Below are positions 24,300-35,674 of a stretch of DNA of 64,000 bases, one piece after another; the first letter of the stretch is position 1, and each line of letters begins with the position of its first letter. The notes below the pieces were generated by a model. It searched no databases. It had not been told where the DNA came from and worked only from the letters and a program-made list of their open reading frames with translations. This DNA comes from Salisapilia sapeloensis CBS 127946 (lineage: Eukaryota; Protista; Oomycota): positions 1 to 64,000 of the forward strand of contig JAADVB010000078.1 of NCBI GenBank assembly GCA_023334545.1. Direction: 5' to 3'. Made by a program: the position numbers and the translations under genes.

Positions 24300-24780
24300 C
24301 ACAATCTTACCAGAAAGCCTAGGACAAGTGTTCAGATATAGCCTGCCATCATGAATAGCACTACTCCCACCAAAAGCTTCTTTCAAGTGCTTGGGATAAG
24401 ACTGATACCAGACACAGCACTGTTTCTACGTGGACTACTGTCTATCTACTGAGCATAATAGCCATCACTTCTAGACGCCTGATCGATGGCAACATTATCG
24501 CCGTATTCGATGACAGAATCGACAGCTTGTAAACGTAGCTTTCGATAGCTCTGTCGAAAGCATCCAAGTTACCATATCTATATCGTTGGAAAATGCAAAA
24601 GCTATGGATAGTGGAGCTAAAGACTCCTTGCCTTTTGTACGAACAGCCAAACGATAGACAAGTTGAATTTCAGTGTGCAGCGGATCTTGAGCGGACGAAA
24701 ACGAAATTATGTGACAGAGCATACAAGCTGCATGTTCAAGTAGATTAAGATCTTGTCTAGATACTCTATCCGACTATACA
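24300..24780 (-). pseudogene. Decayed oomycete-type ankyrin-repeat fragment
   Basis: AFSNDIDMVTWML, and AIDQAS followed after a frameshift by RLEVMAIML, resemble the AMDxAAxxGHLEVVxWL repeat. Many stops. Confidence 0.3.
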
Positions 24781-25024
24781 AGTCCATGGCATACACTACC
24801 AGCCTCTCGACTGTTGGTATAGTAGACACACTAGCAGCACATATAGTATCCAGCGAGAAGAATCCGAGCGACCAGTAGATTGGGATGAATAGAGCAGCGA
24901 AAGAAATATATCATTCTACTATGAGGTCCTCTTTCACTTGGTTTTTGTATAGAACTGTTCTATCCAGCTGTCTCGCGCGGTCGAAGCCAGTTTAATGCAC
25001 AACTCAAAAATAACTCGGAAGCGC

Positions 25025-25324
25025 ATGATGAAATCGATGCTGAACCCAAACGCCCCGGCCTTTGTCCCGTCCTTTTCGTGGCAAGCGACCGTCAAGGAGA
25101 CCGACGAAGAGTACTGGATGCCGGACGAAGAGCTCTTTGACGCCAAGCTCCATCCGATGTCGCCGGAGGACATGGAGGAGCTCGAGCGCGTCGATGAGAT
25201 CAACGCCTTGCTGGCCGAAATGGACCTCATGGAGACGCAGCAAGAGCTGTACTACGAGTTGCACCCGCAAGTGCAGAAGGCTGTGCCGATGCCTGCGATG
25301 CCGCAGCAGCCGGTGGCCGAGTGA
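25025..25324 (+). CDS. Small acidic PAM2-motif protein (Paip2/ERD15-like PABP interactor)
   Basis: LNPNAPAFVP matches the PAM2 core at the N-terminus and is followed by a Glu/Asp-rich region. Confidence 0.75.
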   Translation: MMKSMLNPNAPAFVPSFSWQATVKETDEEYWMPDEELFDAKLHPMSPEDMEELERVDEINALLAEMDLMETQQELYYELHPQVQKAVPMPAMPQQPVAE

Positions 25325-25513
25325 CCGTCAAGGATTGGGAGAAGGAAACACGCCATCCGATGTTCAAGCATAAAAATGAGGACGATGCGGCAGGAGAAAG
25401 ATGAAAACATAAAAATAGTGTAAAATATAAAAAGGAATAAAGGATGGTCTCGATGAGCAGTGTGTAAAAGGGTCAGATTCGAGGCCGACCGTCGCTATCT
25501 TTCTTTAAGGCAC

Positions 25514-27139
25514 ATGGACGCGTTGCACTTGTGGCCGCGGATGGCGACCTTTGTCTGGCTCTTCGTCCTCTCCCTTGTACTGCAGTTGATCTTGCCTGTT
25601 CTACTACATCGATATCGCTTCCTAGGAAGACGTTCGCACCATTACGCACTCGTCAACGGCAATGTAGGGAAGCGGAAGGCAACTGCGAAAGCTCTCCGAC
25701 GGTCTGCCGTGTTCGTCTTGTTCGTCGCGACTGTCCTCTGTCTCACCAATGCAGTGCTACTCAAGCTACGGACAGGGGCGTGGGCACAGCAAGCGTACGA
25801 CTGGTACTCGTTAAAGAACGCTGGCATTCGACTCCATGGCCAGACGACCGACATTCCAAGGGATATACTAAGCACATGCAACTACAACTACAGTGTTCTT
25901 CCAACCACAATGACTACCCTGGATGATGTACCAACGTCTGACTCGACGATTGTCGTGTATGTCGTGCCGTTCGCACAGGGGCAAGTCGTCTCATTCGGGG
26001 AGTCCGAGTTAGTACCTACGGTGGAACCTACTCATTCCATCCGTCAGGATGCCGCCGACCTGGAATACTACGAACGAGTGCAAGTCGGTGTCGATTCTCT
26101 CACCATGTTTCCCTATCTATGGCACAAGCTTCTCGGGCCACACTTTGATCCGCGTATGGAGCGTCCATCGACAACTAGTCGTTCTATACCCTCTCGAAAG
26201 ATACGCTTTGAACTGATACAAAGTACTGAAGAGCTATCTGCTCTACCTCTTAACAGCAACATTCTAGCCGTTGTCCAGTGGATGCCGACGGTGTTGCACT
26301 TGCTAAAGGACTTGCCAGAGGATGCAAAGGTCGGGTTTCTTGCGCTTTCGCGAGAAGATTGCAACAATGATCGTGTGAAAGAGTATGCAAGAACGCAACT
26401 TGTCTTTGGTATGTTTCCGTACGGCGACTGCTCTCTCGTGGATGGCGATCGATTCGCTGTCGTACCTCTCGGGCCTAGCTATGAACATGGGTTTCCCATC
26501 AATGTCCATCAAACCCACTTGCCAAAGATGCGACAGCGAAAGTATGTGTTGAACATGATGACGAGTTCGACGATCGACAAACCGACGCGTGTGCAAGCCA
26601 AGATAGCTGCTCTGGATGTTTGCACTCGGTTGCACCTGTCTTGCACTATTGAGCAGGGCAATCTGCTCTTCAAGGCCTTTCAGCTGGTGGATCGGAAACT
26701 TGGGACGAATTTCCGATGGATCCTGTCGTCAGCTCCGAACGCCTATGTGGATGTCGTGAAGAACAGTCTCTTCACGATCTGTCCGCATGGGAAGAACCCA
26801 GAGCAGTATCGGATCTGGGAAGCACTGGCAGCAGGCTCAATTCCGATTATTGAAGATTTCCCAGAAGACTGTGTCCCAGGTACATTTTTGCATCCATCGT
26901 ATCCTACGACATGGAAATGTCGAAAGGATCTGGATGTCCATGCAATTTTGAAGCAACTGCAAGCTCCCGTTCTCTTCGTATCGGATTGGCAGACAGACTT
27001 GTTGCCGTTGATACAGACGTATATGGACGATTTTGGAACGATACAAGACATGCAGGATCAAGTGATCGACTGGTATGAACGCATCGGACGTCATGTCCAA
27101 GCGCAGCTCGTGTACAAGATCCACAAATATTTTTCTTAG
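25514..27139 (+). CDS. Membrane-anchored exostosin (GT47)-like protein
   Basis: Two N-terminal hydrophobic segments. C-terminal SLFTICPHGKNPEQYRIWEALAAGSIPII matches the exostosin S.F.LCP.G...R.WEAL..G.IP motif. Confidence 0.7.
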   Translation: MDALHLWPRMATFVWLFVLSLVLQLILPVLLHRYRFLGRRSHHYALVNGNVGKRKATAKALRRSAVFVLFVATVLCLTNAVLLKLRTGAWAQQAYDWYSLKNAGIRLHGQTTDIPRDILSTCNYNYSVLPTTMTTLDDVPTSDSTIVVYVVPFAQGQVVSFGESELVPTVEPTHSIRQDAADLEYYERVQVGVDSLTMFPYLWHKLLGPHFDPRMERPSTTSRSIPSRKIRFELIQSTEELSALPLNSNILAVVQWMPTVLHLLKDLPEDAKVGFLALSREDCNNDRVKEYARTQLVFGMFPYGDCSLVDGDRFAVVPLGPSYEHGFPINVHQTHLPKMRQRKYVLNMMTSSTIDKPTRVQAKIAALDVCTRLHLSCTIEQGNLLFKAFQLVDRKLGTNFRWILSSAPNAYVDVVKNSLFTICPHGKNPEQYRIWEALAAGSIPIIEDFPEDCVPGTFLHPSYPTTWKCRKDLDVHAILKQLQAPVLFVSDWQTDLLPLIQTYMDDFGTIQDMQDQVIDWYERIGRHVQAQLVYKIHKYFS

Positions 27140-27233
27140 ACGCAAATTCTTTTCTTTCATACTTGTCATTTACTACCACTACATTTCTATGCGATGCCAT
27201 CACTCTTTTAGCCACAGAATAGCGACACGAAAG

Positions 27234-28731
27234 ATGATTCGATCGGTGGCTCGACGGGTGCCGAGTGCTACGCGCTCCAGGGCGTTCAGTCAGCTCAGCC
27301 AGGCTAGTGCCAACCGCGGACCTGCTGCAGACACAGACCACTACGATGTCGTCGTCGTAGGTGGCGGAATCGTCGGATCTGCCGTCGCTGCCCAATTGAA
27401 GACGCAGCCTATTTTCCATGGCAAGCGTGTGGCTGTCTTAGAGCCATCGCCTGCTCCGGAAGCACCTGGCAATGTCAGCGAGGCTTCGCCAGACCTGCGT
27501 GTCTTCTCCATCACCCCATCGTCCCAGCAGCTTTTGCAAGACATCAAGGTCTGGGATCGTATTGACAAGTCTCACATTGCGTCTTTCAAGGACATGCAGG
27601 TAATATTGTCTACAGTACTATTGTTTGTAAGCATCTATTCACAACAAGTAGGTGTGGGATGCCATGGGTGATGGTCACATCCGTTTCGACAGCAGCAAAG
27701 TCGGTCGCAGTGAGCTGGGATACACGCTTGAACACAAGGTGTTAGTTCACGCCTTGTACGATCGATTATTGGAGCTCTCGACTTCCTCAAGTGACCCTTC
27801 GCCGTTGAAGTTGCTGTGGCCAGGGAAACTCAAGAACTTTGAACGTCCGTCGGAAGTCAGCGGTTTCTCCAAGTTGACGCTGGAAGACGGATCCAAGCTC
27901 AGCGCTGAGCTCGTCATTGCTGCCGACGGTGGTAACTCGGTCGTCCGATCCCTCTCTGCTCTAGGCACGTGGGGATGGGACTATGACCAGCAGGCCGTGG
28001 TCGCGAACGTCAAGACGGATCAGGCGACGCACACGGCGTGGCAGCGTTTCTTCCCGACTGGTCCGCTGGCTCTGTTGCCGATGCGCGATGGCTACTCTTC
28101 CATCGTTTGGTCTTGCACGGCCGAGATGGCTGAGGAGCTCAAGTCTCTCTCCGACGACGAATTCCTCGAGCGTCTGCAACAAGCCTTGTTGTCGCCATCC
28201 AGCGCTGCTCCACCCAGTTTCCCTGGGTTGCCTCTATGGAAGGAACTTGCCGAAGGGTTGCACAACGCAGCTGGGATGGTCATGTCGGCCACGTCTTTGT
28301 CCGACCCGTTCGTGGCGCCGCCGAAGCCAATCGAGGTGTCGAGCGGTCGCGCTAGCTTCCCGCTCAAGATGCGTCACGCCACCCAATACGTCAAGCCTGG
28401 CGTTGCTCTTGTCGGTGACTCTGCCCATACGATCCATCCGTTGGCGGGCCAGGGGTTGAACCTCGGCTTTGCCGATGTCAAGGCGCTTGGCGACGTCCTT
28501 TCGGAAGGTGTCAAGGGTGGCGAGATGCTCGGTAGCGAGCACTTCCTCGCCAAGTACGAGCAGGACAGGCAACGCGCGAATGTGACGATGGCCATGGCCA
28601 TGGACGGGTTTAAGCGTCTGTTCGGGCCGAACCCAGACCCTGTCGGCGTCGCCCGCAACGTTGGCATGAGCACGTTGAACGCCGTGGAGCCACTGAAGCA
28701 CCAGATCATGCGCTATGCGATGGGTCTATAG
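27234..28731 (+). CDS. COQ6: Ubiquinone biosynthesis monooxygenase COQ6, 2 exons
   Basis: Presequence, DVVVVGGGIVG, ADGGNS, QRFFPTGPLALLP and VGDSAHTIHPLAGQGLNLG. Intron at 27600-27651. Confidence 0.92.
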
Positions 28732-28764
28732 GAAATAAACTCTTTTTTCCATGATGATTTTCTT

Positions 28765-29218
28765 TTATTTGTGCAATGCTCTCGTGATTTCAAGCGGCGA
28801 TAAGTCGGTCATGATCGGTGTCGTCACGTCTTGTCCTTCGTCCTGAGCTACTTGAGGCGAGAGGAAGACACTATGGACGTCCAGTACGGTCGCGTAGCTA
28901 TGTAAAGGAGGGGTGGCGAGGAGGTTAAGCGCCTTGTAGATGACAAGAGAGGTGAGGTAGGAGACGACGATCATGGCCGGGACGGCGAGCGCCCAGTGCT
29001 TTGCCGGGTAGTACGTCAGTCCGTATCGTTCGAGCGTTTCATCCGGGAGATAGGCCCATGCGAGGAAAAGTGCTAGAGCTTTTTTAGGATAGATTGGATG
29101 GTGTGGGAGCGACAGAGGTACCGTAGAAGACGGTCGAAGCGAGCCATCCAGCAAAGCCAAAGTACTCAGTGCGTTGGGCCTGGAGCCGTTGCTCTTCCTT
29201 AAACGACAACGTACGCAT
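28765..29218 (-). CDS. PIGP: GPI-GlcNAc transferase subunit PIG-P, 2 exons
   Basis: EYFGF..WLAST, an intron, then LFLAWAYLPD..L..YGLTYYPAKHWALAVP. Confidence 0.85.
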
Positions 29219-29352
29219 AACAACGCGAGGGGGGAATGTACACTAAACGTTTTCTACGATTCGATTGTCGCGAATGATTTTCCTAGCTACCTTAACAAAT
29301 ACTTGTTTCAGATTTGATACGAATACAATATATAGACACGCTTCTCGTGTCG

Positions 29353-30165
29353 CTACATGACGAGCACGGCGCTCTTATTTGTGTCCGTGTTGCTCTTGGC
29401 CTTGGATTGTGTCGAGTATGCGACGATCATACAGTCCGTCGTGGAAGTGATGTCGGAAGGAGATGTCGCCATCTTGTCCAGGTCAAATCGTTCGGGAGAC
29501 TCGAACGAGTCTTTGGCGTATGGCAGCTGGTTTGACGTCAAATCCTCCTGCTCCGGATGGAGTACGCCATAGTCGACATGCAAATCATTATACGGGAGCG
29601 TGTCGTACGAGACCATCTTGAACGGACCGTCATCATTGTCGTCCGAGCCGAGCATGTAGTCATCCAGCTCGTCCTCTTCCTCACTGTCGTCCAAAACCAT
29701 TAGTTCATCGTCATCTCCGTCCTCTTCGTCGTTCCAGTCGCCAAGAGGTGCTTCGCCGAGACTGAACTGGTAGCTCATGTCGTACTCGTTGGATTCCCAA
29801 CGCTCACGATTGAGGCGAATCATTTCCTTTTCGACCATGGACAGCACCGAGAAGGAGAGACCGGCGTTTTCCAGTACATCCAAGCGGTCTTCCGATTCCA
29901 AGTATCCATAGTCCATAAAATCTTGTCGATCGATACGATCTTCTGCGCGCGCATCTTCGAACGCATCAATGTGGTGCTTGGTGCGCCTTCGGACATCCAT
30001 GGAGGACCCAAGCGGGATGCCGTCGGAGGCAACGCTCGCCGTCCAGACCGTCGGTTCGAACTCGACCACTTCGACCGTGTCGAAGTGCACGCGCCTCACA
30101 GGCTTGTGCGCGTTGTTCTTGTGTATAGCTGTCGCGTCCTCTTGTTGTGCCGGGGCGATGGTCAT
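29353..30165 (-). CDS. Hypothetical acidic protein with an RVHF motif and a CSRNP-N-like segment
   Basis: RRVHFDTVEVVEFEPTVWTASVASDGIPLG followed by an Asp/Glu-rich tail. ATG at 30165. Confidence 0.65.
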   Translation of the reverse strand: MTIAPAQQEDATAIHKNNAHKPVRRVHFDTVEVVEFEPTVWTASVASDGIPLGSSMDVRRRTKHHIDAFEDARAEDRIDRQDFMDYGYLESEDRLDVLENAGLSFSVLSMVEKEMIRLNRERWESNEYDMSYQFSLGEAPLGDWNDEEDGDDDELMVLDDSEEEDELDDYMLGSDDNDDGPFKMVSYDTLPYNDLHVDYGVLHPEQEDLTSNQLPYAKDSFESPERFDLDKMATSPSDITSTTDCMIVAYSTQSKAKSNTDTNKSAVLVM

Positions 30166-30340
30166 CTCGTCGGTTTCGTCTTGTTTATATGAAGGTAGGA
30201 GCGTAAGTGCTCTCGAGCGTATGTGCAGGTGGTACGGCGAGTCGGATGGGATAGAAAGTATCAGCAGGTGTGCGGGAGAAAATGACCGCTTCAACCGGAG
30301 CTTATGGCCTTTGGAGATTGGGCGTCTTCTGTCCTTGGGA

Positions 30341-30358
30341 GCAAAAGCTAAAATGAGC
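30341..30358 (-). promoter_or_regulatory. Oomycete INR/FPR-like core promoter
   Basis: The minus strand reads GCTCATTTTAGCTTTTGC, close to the GCTCATTYYNCAWTTT consensus, about 175 nt upstream of ATG 30165. Confidence 0.45.
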
Positions 30359-31573
30359 AGTCTTTTGTATGTGGCCCTGGTATCTATTTATAAGTTTCAC
30401 TTGACAGCGTTCCAGAAAACGAAGGGTCCTTACACTTGACATTTGTATGTGGTCGTTCCAGAAGCTCTTGTATGGCATTTTTGAAAAATTAACTAGACTT
30501 TTGGAAAATTAGCTGGCCTGGTGGCCGATTGTACTCGCTTGGCCTTTCGTTCGTGTCGTCGTGAGATGCCATCAAATGTATGGAGGTTGGATGTGGATGG
30601 TAGATGCCGCGATGGAAAGCGAAAGGGGACTTTTTGTGCGAAGGATATCGAAGGATGAAGATTTTGATGAATTCGGCTTGCGAGCGTAGAGGTTTAGTGG
30701 TCTAAGGGTGTTTACTTTGCTCATGGACTTCAAGTCGCATACAAGAGAGACGTGAAAGGGGTGTGTACATGATATTTCGATGTGTCGTGACCGTCTGCAC
30801 AATTGCGCTTGCTTGCCGATACGCTTTTCCTGTCGACGAGGGAGAGACATCGATTTATGTGGACTCCACATGGGCACCCTTTATCCGCGCAAACGACATG
30901 ACTGCAGTTTCCGATTGGAACTCGAAAAAGAACCACCCGATAGATTTCATATCGTTACGACGGATTAAGATGGTCGCGCCAAAGAGATCTTGGCGGTTGC
31001 GACACTACCTTCGCACTGGAATGGCTACAACTATCCGAATCTTCCTTGGAAGAGCAGAGCGAAAGAAATTTTTAGCAGACTAGTTTTTGGACAATTGGCA
31101 TGACATGCGAAGAGCAAGAGGCGTTTCATGCCAGTCGACCTATGTCCTATTTGCATAGCTTTGCTGCTTTCATCTACGTACTCGTGTAGCATCGTCTTGA
31201 CCTCCGTAGGACTTGAAATAGCGAATTAATGAATCTTTCTACGGATGCGACGGTATTGAATATACATGACGCGGCTACGAAAGGCAGTGATGAGTCAATA
31301 GAGACTGCTCGTCGGGAACTGATAGCCTTGTCAGTCCAGGACAATAGTGGGATGTAAGTGAGATATGGTGCAGGATGCATAGACCCGGCATGGAGGGTCT
31401 TTTTCATAGAGAAGGCAACGTATGCAAGGATGCGACATGGCAACGGCATGATTAAAGATGTTGACGACATGGACATGGACAAGCCGATGGGGCGTCGGAA
31501 GACTAAAGAAGCATTGACCAAAGGCTACAAGACGGTCGGATGTACGGATAAATGGCGTTTATTGCGAACAACA

Positions 31574-32200
31574 CTACTTGCGCAGAGCGGCGAGTCGTGC
31601 GGTAAGGTCATCCTCGCCCTTTTTTTCTTTTTCCGCACTCTTTCCAGGAAGCTCCGTGCCGACCATGCCTGCGGAATCCAATTGGCCCGCGACTTTAAGT
31701 CCGTTCGCGTCGGCCGTCATTTGAATTAAACTGTCTACTTCGGTAGCAGGTGTCGAGATAGCGCTATCGCTGCTCATGGCTCCTTCCATGTACGCTGCCC
31801 GTACATCGAGGTCTTCAAACTGTTTTTCAAACTGGTCCATCGTGTTGGATATCTGCTCGACGTTCATGGACGCCATGACCGTATCCATTCCTTTGACGAC
31901 GCCGCTCATGTTCTGTTTGAGCTGACCCATGCTAATGGCTGTCTGGACCCTGGACGCGACGCCATCGATGCGGGAAGCGAGCTGCAAGTAGCTCAGCGCC
32001 TGATTCTTTTCCCGAATGGCATTCTGTGCGTAGATCCGAGCACCCTCCATATTCCCTTGCTCAATCGCTTTCTTAAGTTTATTTTTCTGCGCCGTCTCGT
32101 TCTTTTCACATTTCTTCGAGTTCCGAATGAGTGATTTCGCGGTGAATTTCATATTAAACAGTTCATCCTCGAGCGTCGGTTTCTTGGCAAAGAAGTTCAT
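31574..32200 (-). CDS. CHMP1: ESCRT-III-associated CHMP1/Did2/Vps46
   Basis: LFNMKFTAKSL, GNMEGARIYAQNAIREKNQ, and the C-terminal MIM1 motif DDLTARLAALR. Confidence 0.93.
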   Translation of the reverse strand: MNFFAKKPTLEDELFNMKFTAKSLIRNSKKCEKNETAQKNKLKKAIEQGNMEGARIYAQNAIREKNQALSYLQLASRIDGVASRVQTAISMGQLKQNMSGVVKGMDTVMASMNVEQISNTMDQFEKQFEDLDVRAAYMEGAMSSDSAISTPATEVDSLIQMTADANGLKVAGQLDSAGMVGTELPGKSAEKEKKGEDDLTARLAALRK

Positions 32201-32444
32201 GGTAAATGAGGTACTCGCCTTGCTTCTTTGTTCTATCCAGCGTGCGACTCTCGGATTGGCTGGATTTTCTCCAATCATCTGTTTCATGATAAAAGAAAAG
32301 AATTTAGATAAAAAGTCAATTAGACACAAACACTAGGTCGTCTAATCAGACCAGACCAAGTAGACGTTACAATCGATAGACGATCCTTCCACCCGCATGG
32401 GTTACGTTCGGAAGGACAGGTGTTCCAATGGTATAGAAAATCCA

Positions 32445-32486
32445 ATTCACATTCACACTTGAAGATCGGCAGGCGTGAATGTGAAT
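32445..32486. repeat. Perfect 12-bp inverted repeat between the divergent CHMP1 and PNP genes
   Basis: ATTCACATTCAC (32445-32456) and GTGAATGTGAAT (32475-32486), with an 18-nt spacer. Confidence 0.8.
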
Positions 32487-32524
32487 GCGAATACCGTTCT
32501 TCTCTCATTTTCCAATCCACCGTC

Positions 32525-33547
32525 ATGAGCCCACAGTCCAGCGTCCAGCACTCCACTACTTCTGTTGATCCCAAGTCCATGGATCGGATTGATGAGATCG
32601 TCTCGTACATTCGCTCGCGGACGAATGCTCAGCCGCTCTTGGGTGTCGTCTGTGGCTCCGGTCTCGGCGGCCTCGCTACTTGTCTCGAGAATCCGCTTGC
32701 CATTCCGTACGCCGACATCCCTCGCTTCCCTCAGTCCACAGTCGACGGGCATGTCGGAGAGCTCGTCTTTGGCACGTTGCATGGCACGTCGGTCGTGTGC
32801 ATGCGCGGTCGTTTCCATTTCTACGAAGGATACTCGATGACGGACACGACGATACCGATCCGTGTCATGCGTCTACTAGGCATCCAGTACCTCATCGTCA
32901 CGAACGCTGCAGGAGGTCTAAACCCCGATTTCCACGTCGGCGACCTCATGATCCTCAATGATCATCTCAACCTCCCCGGTCTCTCGGGGCATAACCCGCT
33001 CGTCGGACCAAATGACAGTCGATTCGGCGAGAGATTCACGCCTCTAGGTGGGTGCTACACGGATCATCTGCAGGAGATCGCACAGACAAGTGCCGAGAAC
33101 CTCGGCCTGACGTCGAGGATGCGTCCGAAAGGCGTCTACTGCTTCGTGTCCGGCCCGACGTACGAGACGCCGGCAGAATGTCGTCTCTTGAGGCTCGTGG
33201 GTGGAGATGCCGTCGGCATGAGCACTGTACCGGAGGTCGTGGTCGCTGCGCACTGCGGCATCCAAGTCCTCGGTCTGTCGTTAATTACGAACAAGGTCGT
33301 GTTCCCAGATGAAGATGCGCCAGGAGCCTCTCATGAAGAAGTGCTGACGACTGTGAAAGCAGCTCAAAAGTAGGTTTTCATGACTCTTTTATTTTATTTC
33401 AGTTTATTTAAATTGACAAATAGGGAGGTACAGGCCCTCGTGGCGGACATTATTCGGTCGATTGGAGCATTGGAGTCGACGCCAGTGGACAAGCACGTGA
33501 AAGTACAAGTAAATGGCGAGAGGACGCCAGCTTTGATAGAAAAGTAG
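32525..33547 (+). CDS. PNP: Purine nucleoside phosphorylase (trimeric type), 2 exons
   Basis: GVVCGSGLG, STVDGHVG, GRFHFYEGY, TNAAGG, GPTYETPAE and DAVGMSTVPE. Intron from about 33370; TAG at 33545-33547. Confidence 0.95.
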
Positions 33548-33600
33548 ATGGACATATATGTTGAAGGCAGATGAGAATACATTCTTGTTGGTTCTAGTCT

Positions 33601-35543
33601 TTACGTGGCTCTTGACTTAGTATTTGTATATTGCCATCGTACGTAGCAGCGACGAGGAGACAAGTGCATGGATCTACTGTGTCTTGATCTTCCATCTGGA
33701 GCTGTGCTTTGATCATGGCAAAGGTGCTTGCTGGTGCGAAGAGTGCAGAGGTGACGATACCTTCTGGTGGTGGACCGACTAGATGGACATTAAGACATAG
33801 GCGAGTGGATGGAGAGAGATGAAGGTACCTGCGAATTGATCAAACGCCTTGTTTCGATCTTTTTTACTCTTTCGAAGAAATTTCGTCGGTGGACATGGTC
33901 TATGAGATATGTGAGATGGACGTTTGGAGGACGGAAGAGCTGGACATACAGGGTTTTGCGCCAGACACAGATGGACCCACTTTCGGATCCACAGACGACG
34001 TACTCTCCGTCTTGACTAGACCTCCTGACGTTAGCTAGGTAGACGATTTATAGAGGACAAATGTACCTGAATCGAGCTTTGATCTGGAGATGGTTGTTCA
34101 CGAGACCCTTGTACTTGCATATACGAGAGTAGTTGTCAGTGGAATATAGACGCATCCGGGAGTCGTTCGTCGTGACGAGCATGTGCTTTCCTTCCGGATC
34201 GAATTCGATGCCAGTGACTTTCTTCCCCTTCCTCAAAGGTCCTTTGCTGTTCCGACACTCGATTTGCGTGTAGTAGTTGAGCTGATGCCGAGCATTCATT
34301 TGGTAGAAGACGCACTGGCCGTGGAGTAGGCCGACGACGGCATGGGTGCCGCTCGGATTGAATGCTGCGGCTGTGACCATCTCTGGTGCTTGGGCGTACG
34401 ATACAACGCATGCCTCGGGAATATCCCAGATACGAGCTCGGTTGTCAAAGCAACCAGAGAGAAAGAATCGATCCTCCTACAATCGGAGCTTAGACTTTAG
34501 ACACTAAAGTAGAGAAGGAAGAACATACCTTTGGATGGAAGTGGACGGCAGGGACGCTGTCGGGATGTGGGAAGACGTGGAGACACTCGTCTTTCGAGAC
34601 ATGCCATAGACGTACACTCTAGGTAGATGAGATTAGATGTATTCTATCAGAAGATAGAGGACATAGCGTACTTTGTCCATGGAAGCCGAGAGGAGAAAGT
34701 TACTTCGACTCCAGGATAAATCGACCACCGGCATCGTATGACCGAGTAAGCTTCTCTCAGGACTCTTACTGATCACCGTCTCGTTCTCCGAGCTGGAGAC
34801 AGTGCTGACGTCCGACTCATCTTGGTCATCATGGATCAAAACTGCCCACACTCGAACGATTCCGTCCTGCCCGCCAGTCGCGAGATGCGCACCGTCCGGA
34901 CTGAACTGCATCGTCCAAACGGTTCCAGTGTCCTGTCGAATCGCTTGTAGCACGTGTAGATTTTTAAAGCCAAGTCCTTTTGCAGGCTGTTCCTTGGTCC
35001 TTGTAAAGTTGCCTGGGAGCTTGAGATGCATACTCGTTCTACTGGCTGGACGAATACTGACAGCAAGCTCAGTCGTCTAGACGATACGACATGTATGTTT
35101 AACGCAAGCGATGGAGACCAAGACAAAGTTTTACACCTGTGCAAGCGTTCCGTCGTCAACATGTTTTGTAGTAGACTCTTTGGTGGACTTTAAAGGGCTC
35201 TTGGGTTTCCTTCGAAGCGGACTAGACCTACTTTTGCCCGCAGCTCCATTCTTTCCTTCATCTCCTATATACATCTCGTCAATGGATTAGAAGCATGATG
35301 TGAGGAGGTAGTTAGTACCTGAGCAAGAACTGTCTTCTAGACTTTCTTGAGCGTCATAGAACTGAAAGCAAAGACAGGAGCAAAAGGATTGATTAGCCAT
35401 AACGTCTACTGCAAAAAGGTCTTGTAATTTAAAATGAAAAGTACATCTTCATCTGACATCCCGTTCTCTTCTCTCTCGCTTCCATTCGACATGAATCCCA
35501 TCATGCCCATTGGGAATCCACAATGCTTATCCTTGGCCGCCAT
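33601..35543 (-). CDS. WDR44: WD40-repeat protein of the WDR44 family, multi-exon
   Basis: VWTMQFSPDGAHLATGGQD, GHTMPVVDLSWS, FLSGCFD, KKVTGIEF, LVTTNDSRMRLY and YVVCGSE. The 5' exon structure is approximate. Confidence 0.8.
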
Positions 35544-35674
35544 CTTCTCCCGACGTCAGCTATTAACGCACTCGGTAGCAACGCAAAAGGCAGTTTCATA
35601 CTTGAATAGTCGAAGGTGCCCTTTCATGGTAACTTGGCACATTCTTATCTTTTACGACGTGAGGACAGACGAAG

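Noticed and set aside
23581-24900. Dcm-like CCWGG deamination as the source of CTAG
   Set aside because: CCAG plus CTGG were counted about 9 times against about 7 expected, so there is no depletion of the presumed substrate.
30763-31083. RxLR effector
   Set aside because: RLRHYLR does not match RxLR and no dEER follows.
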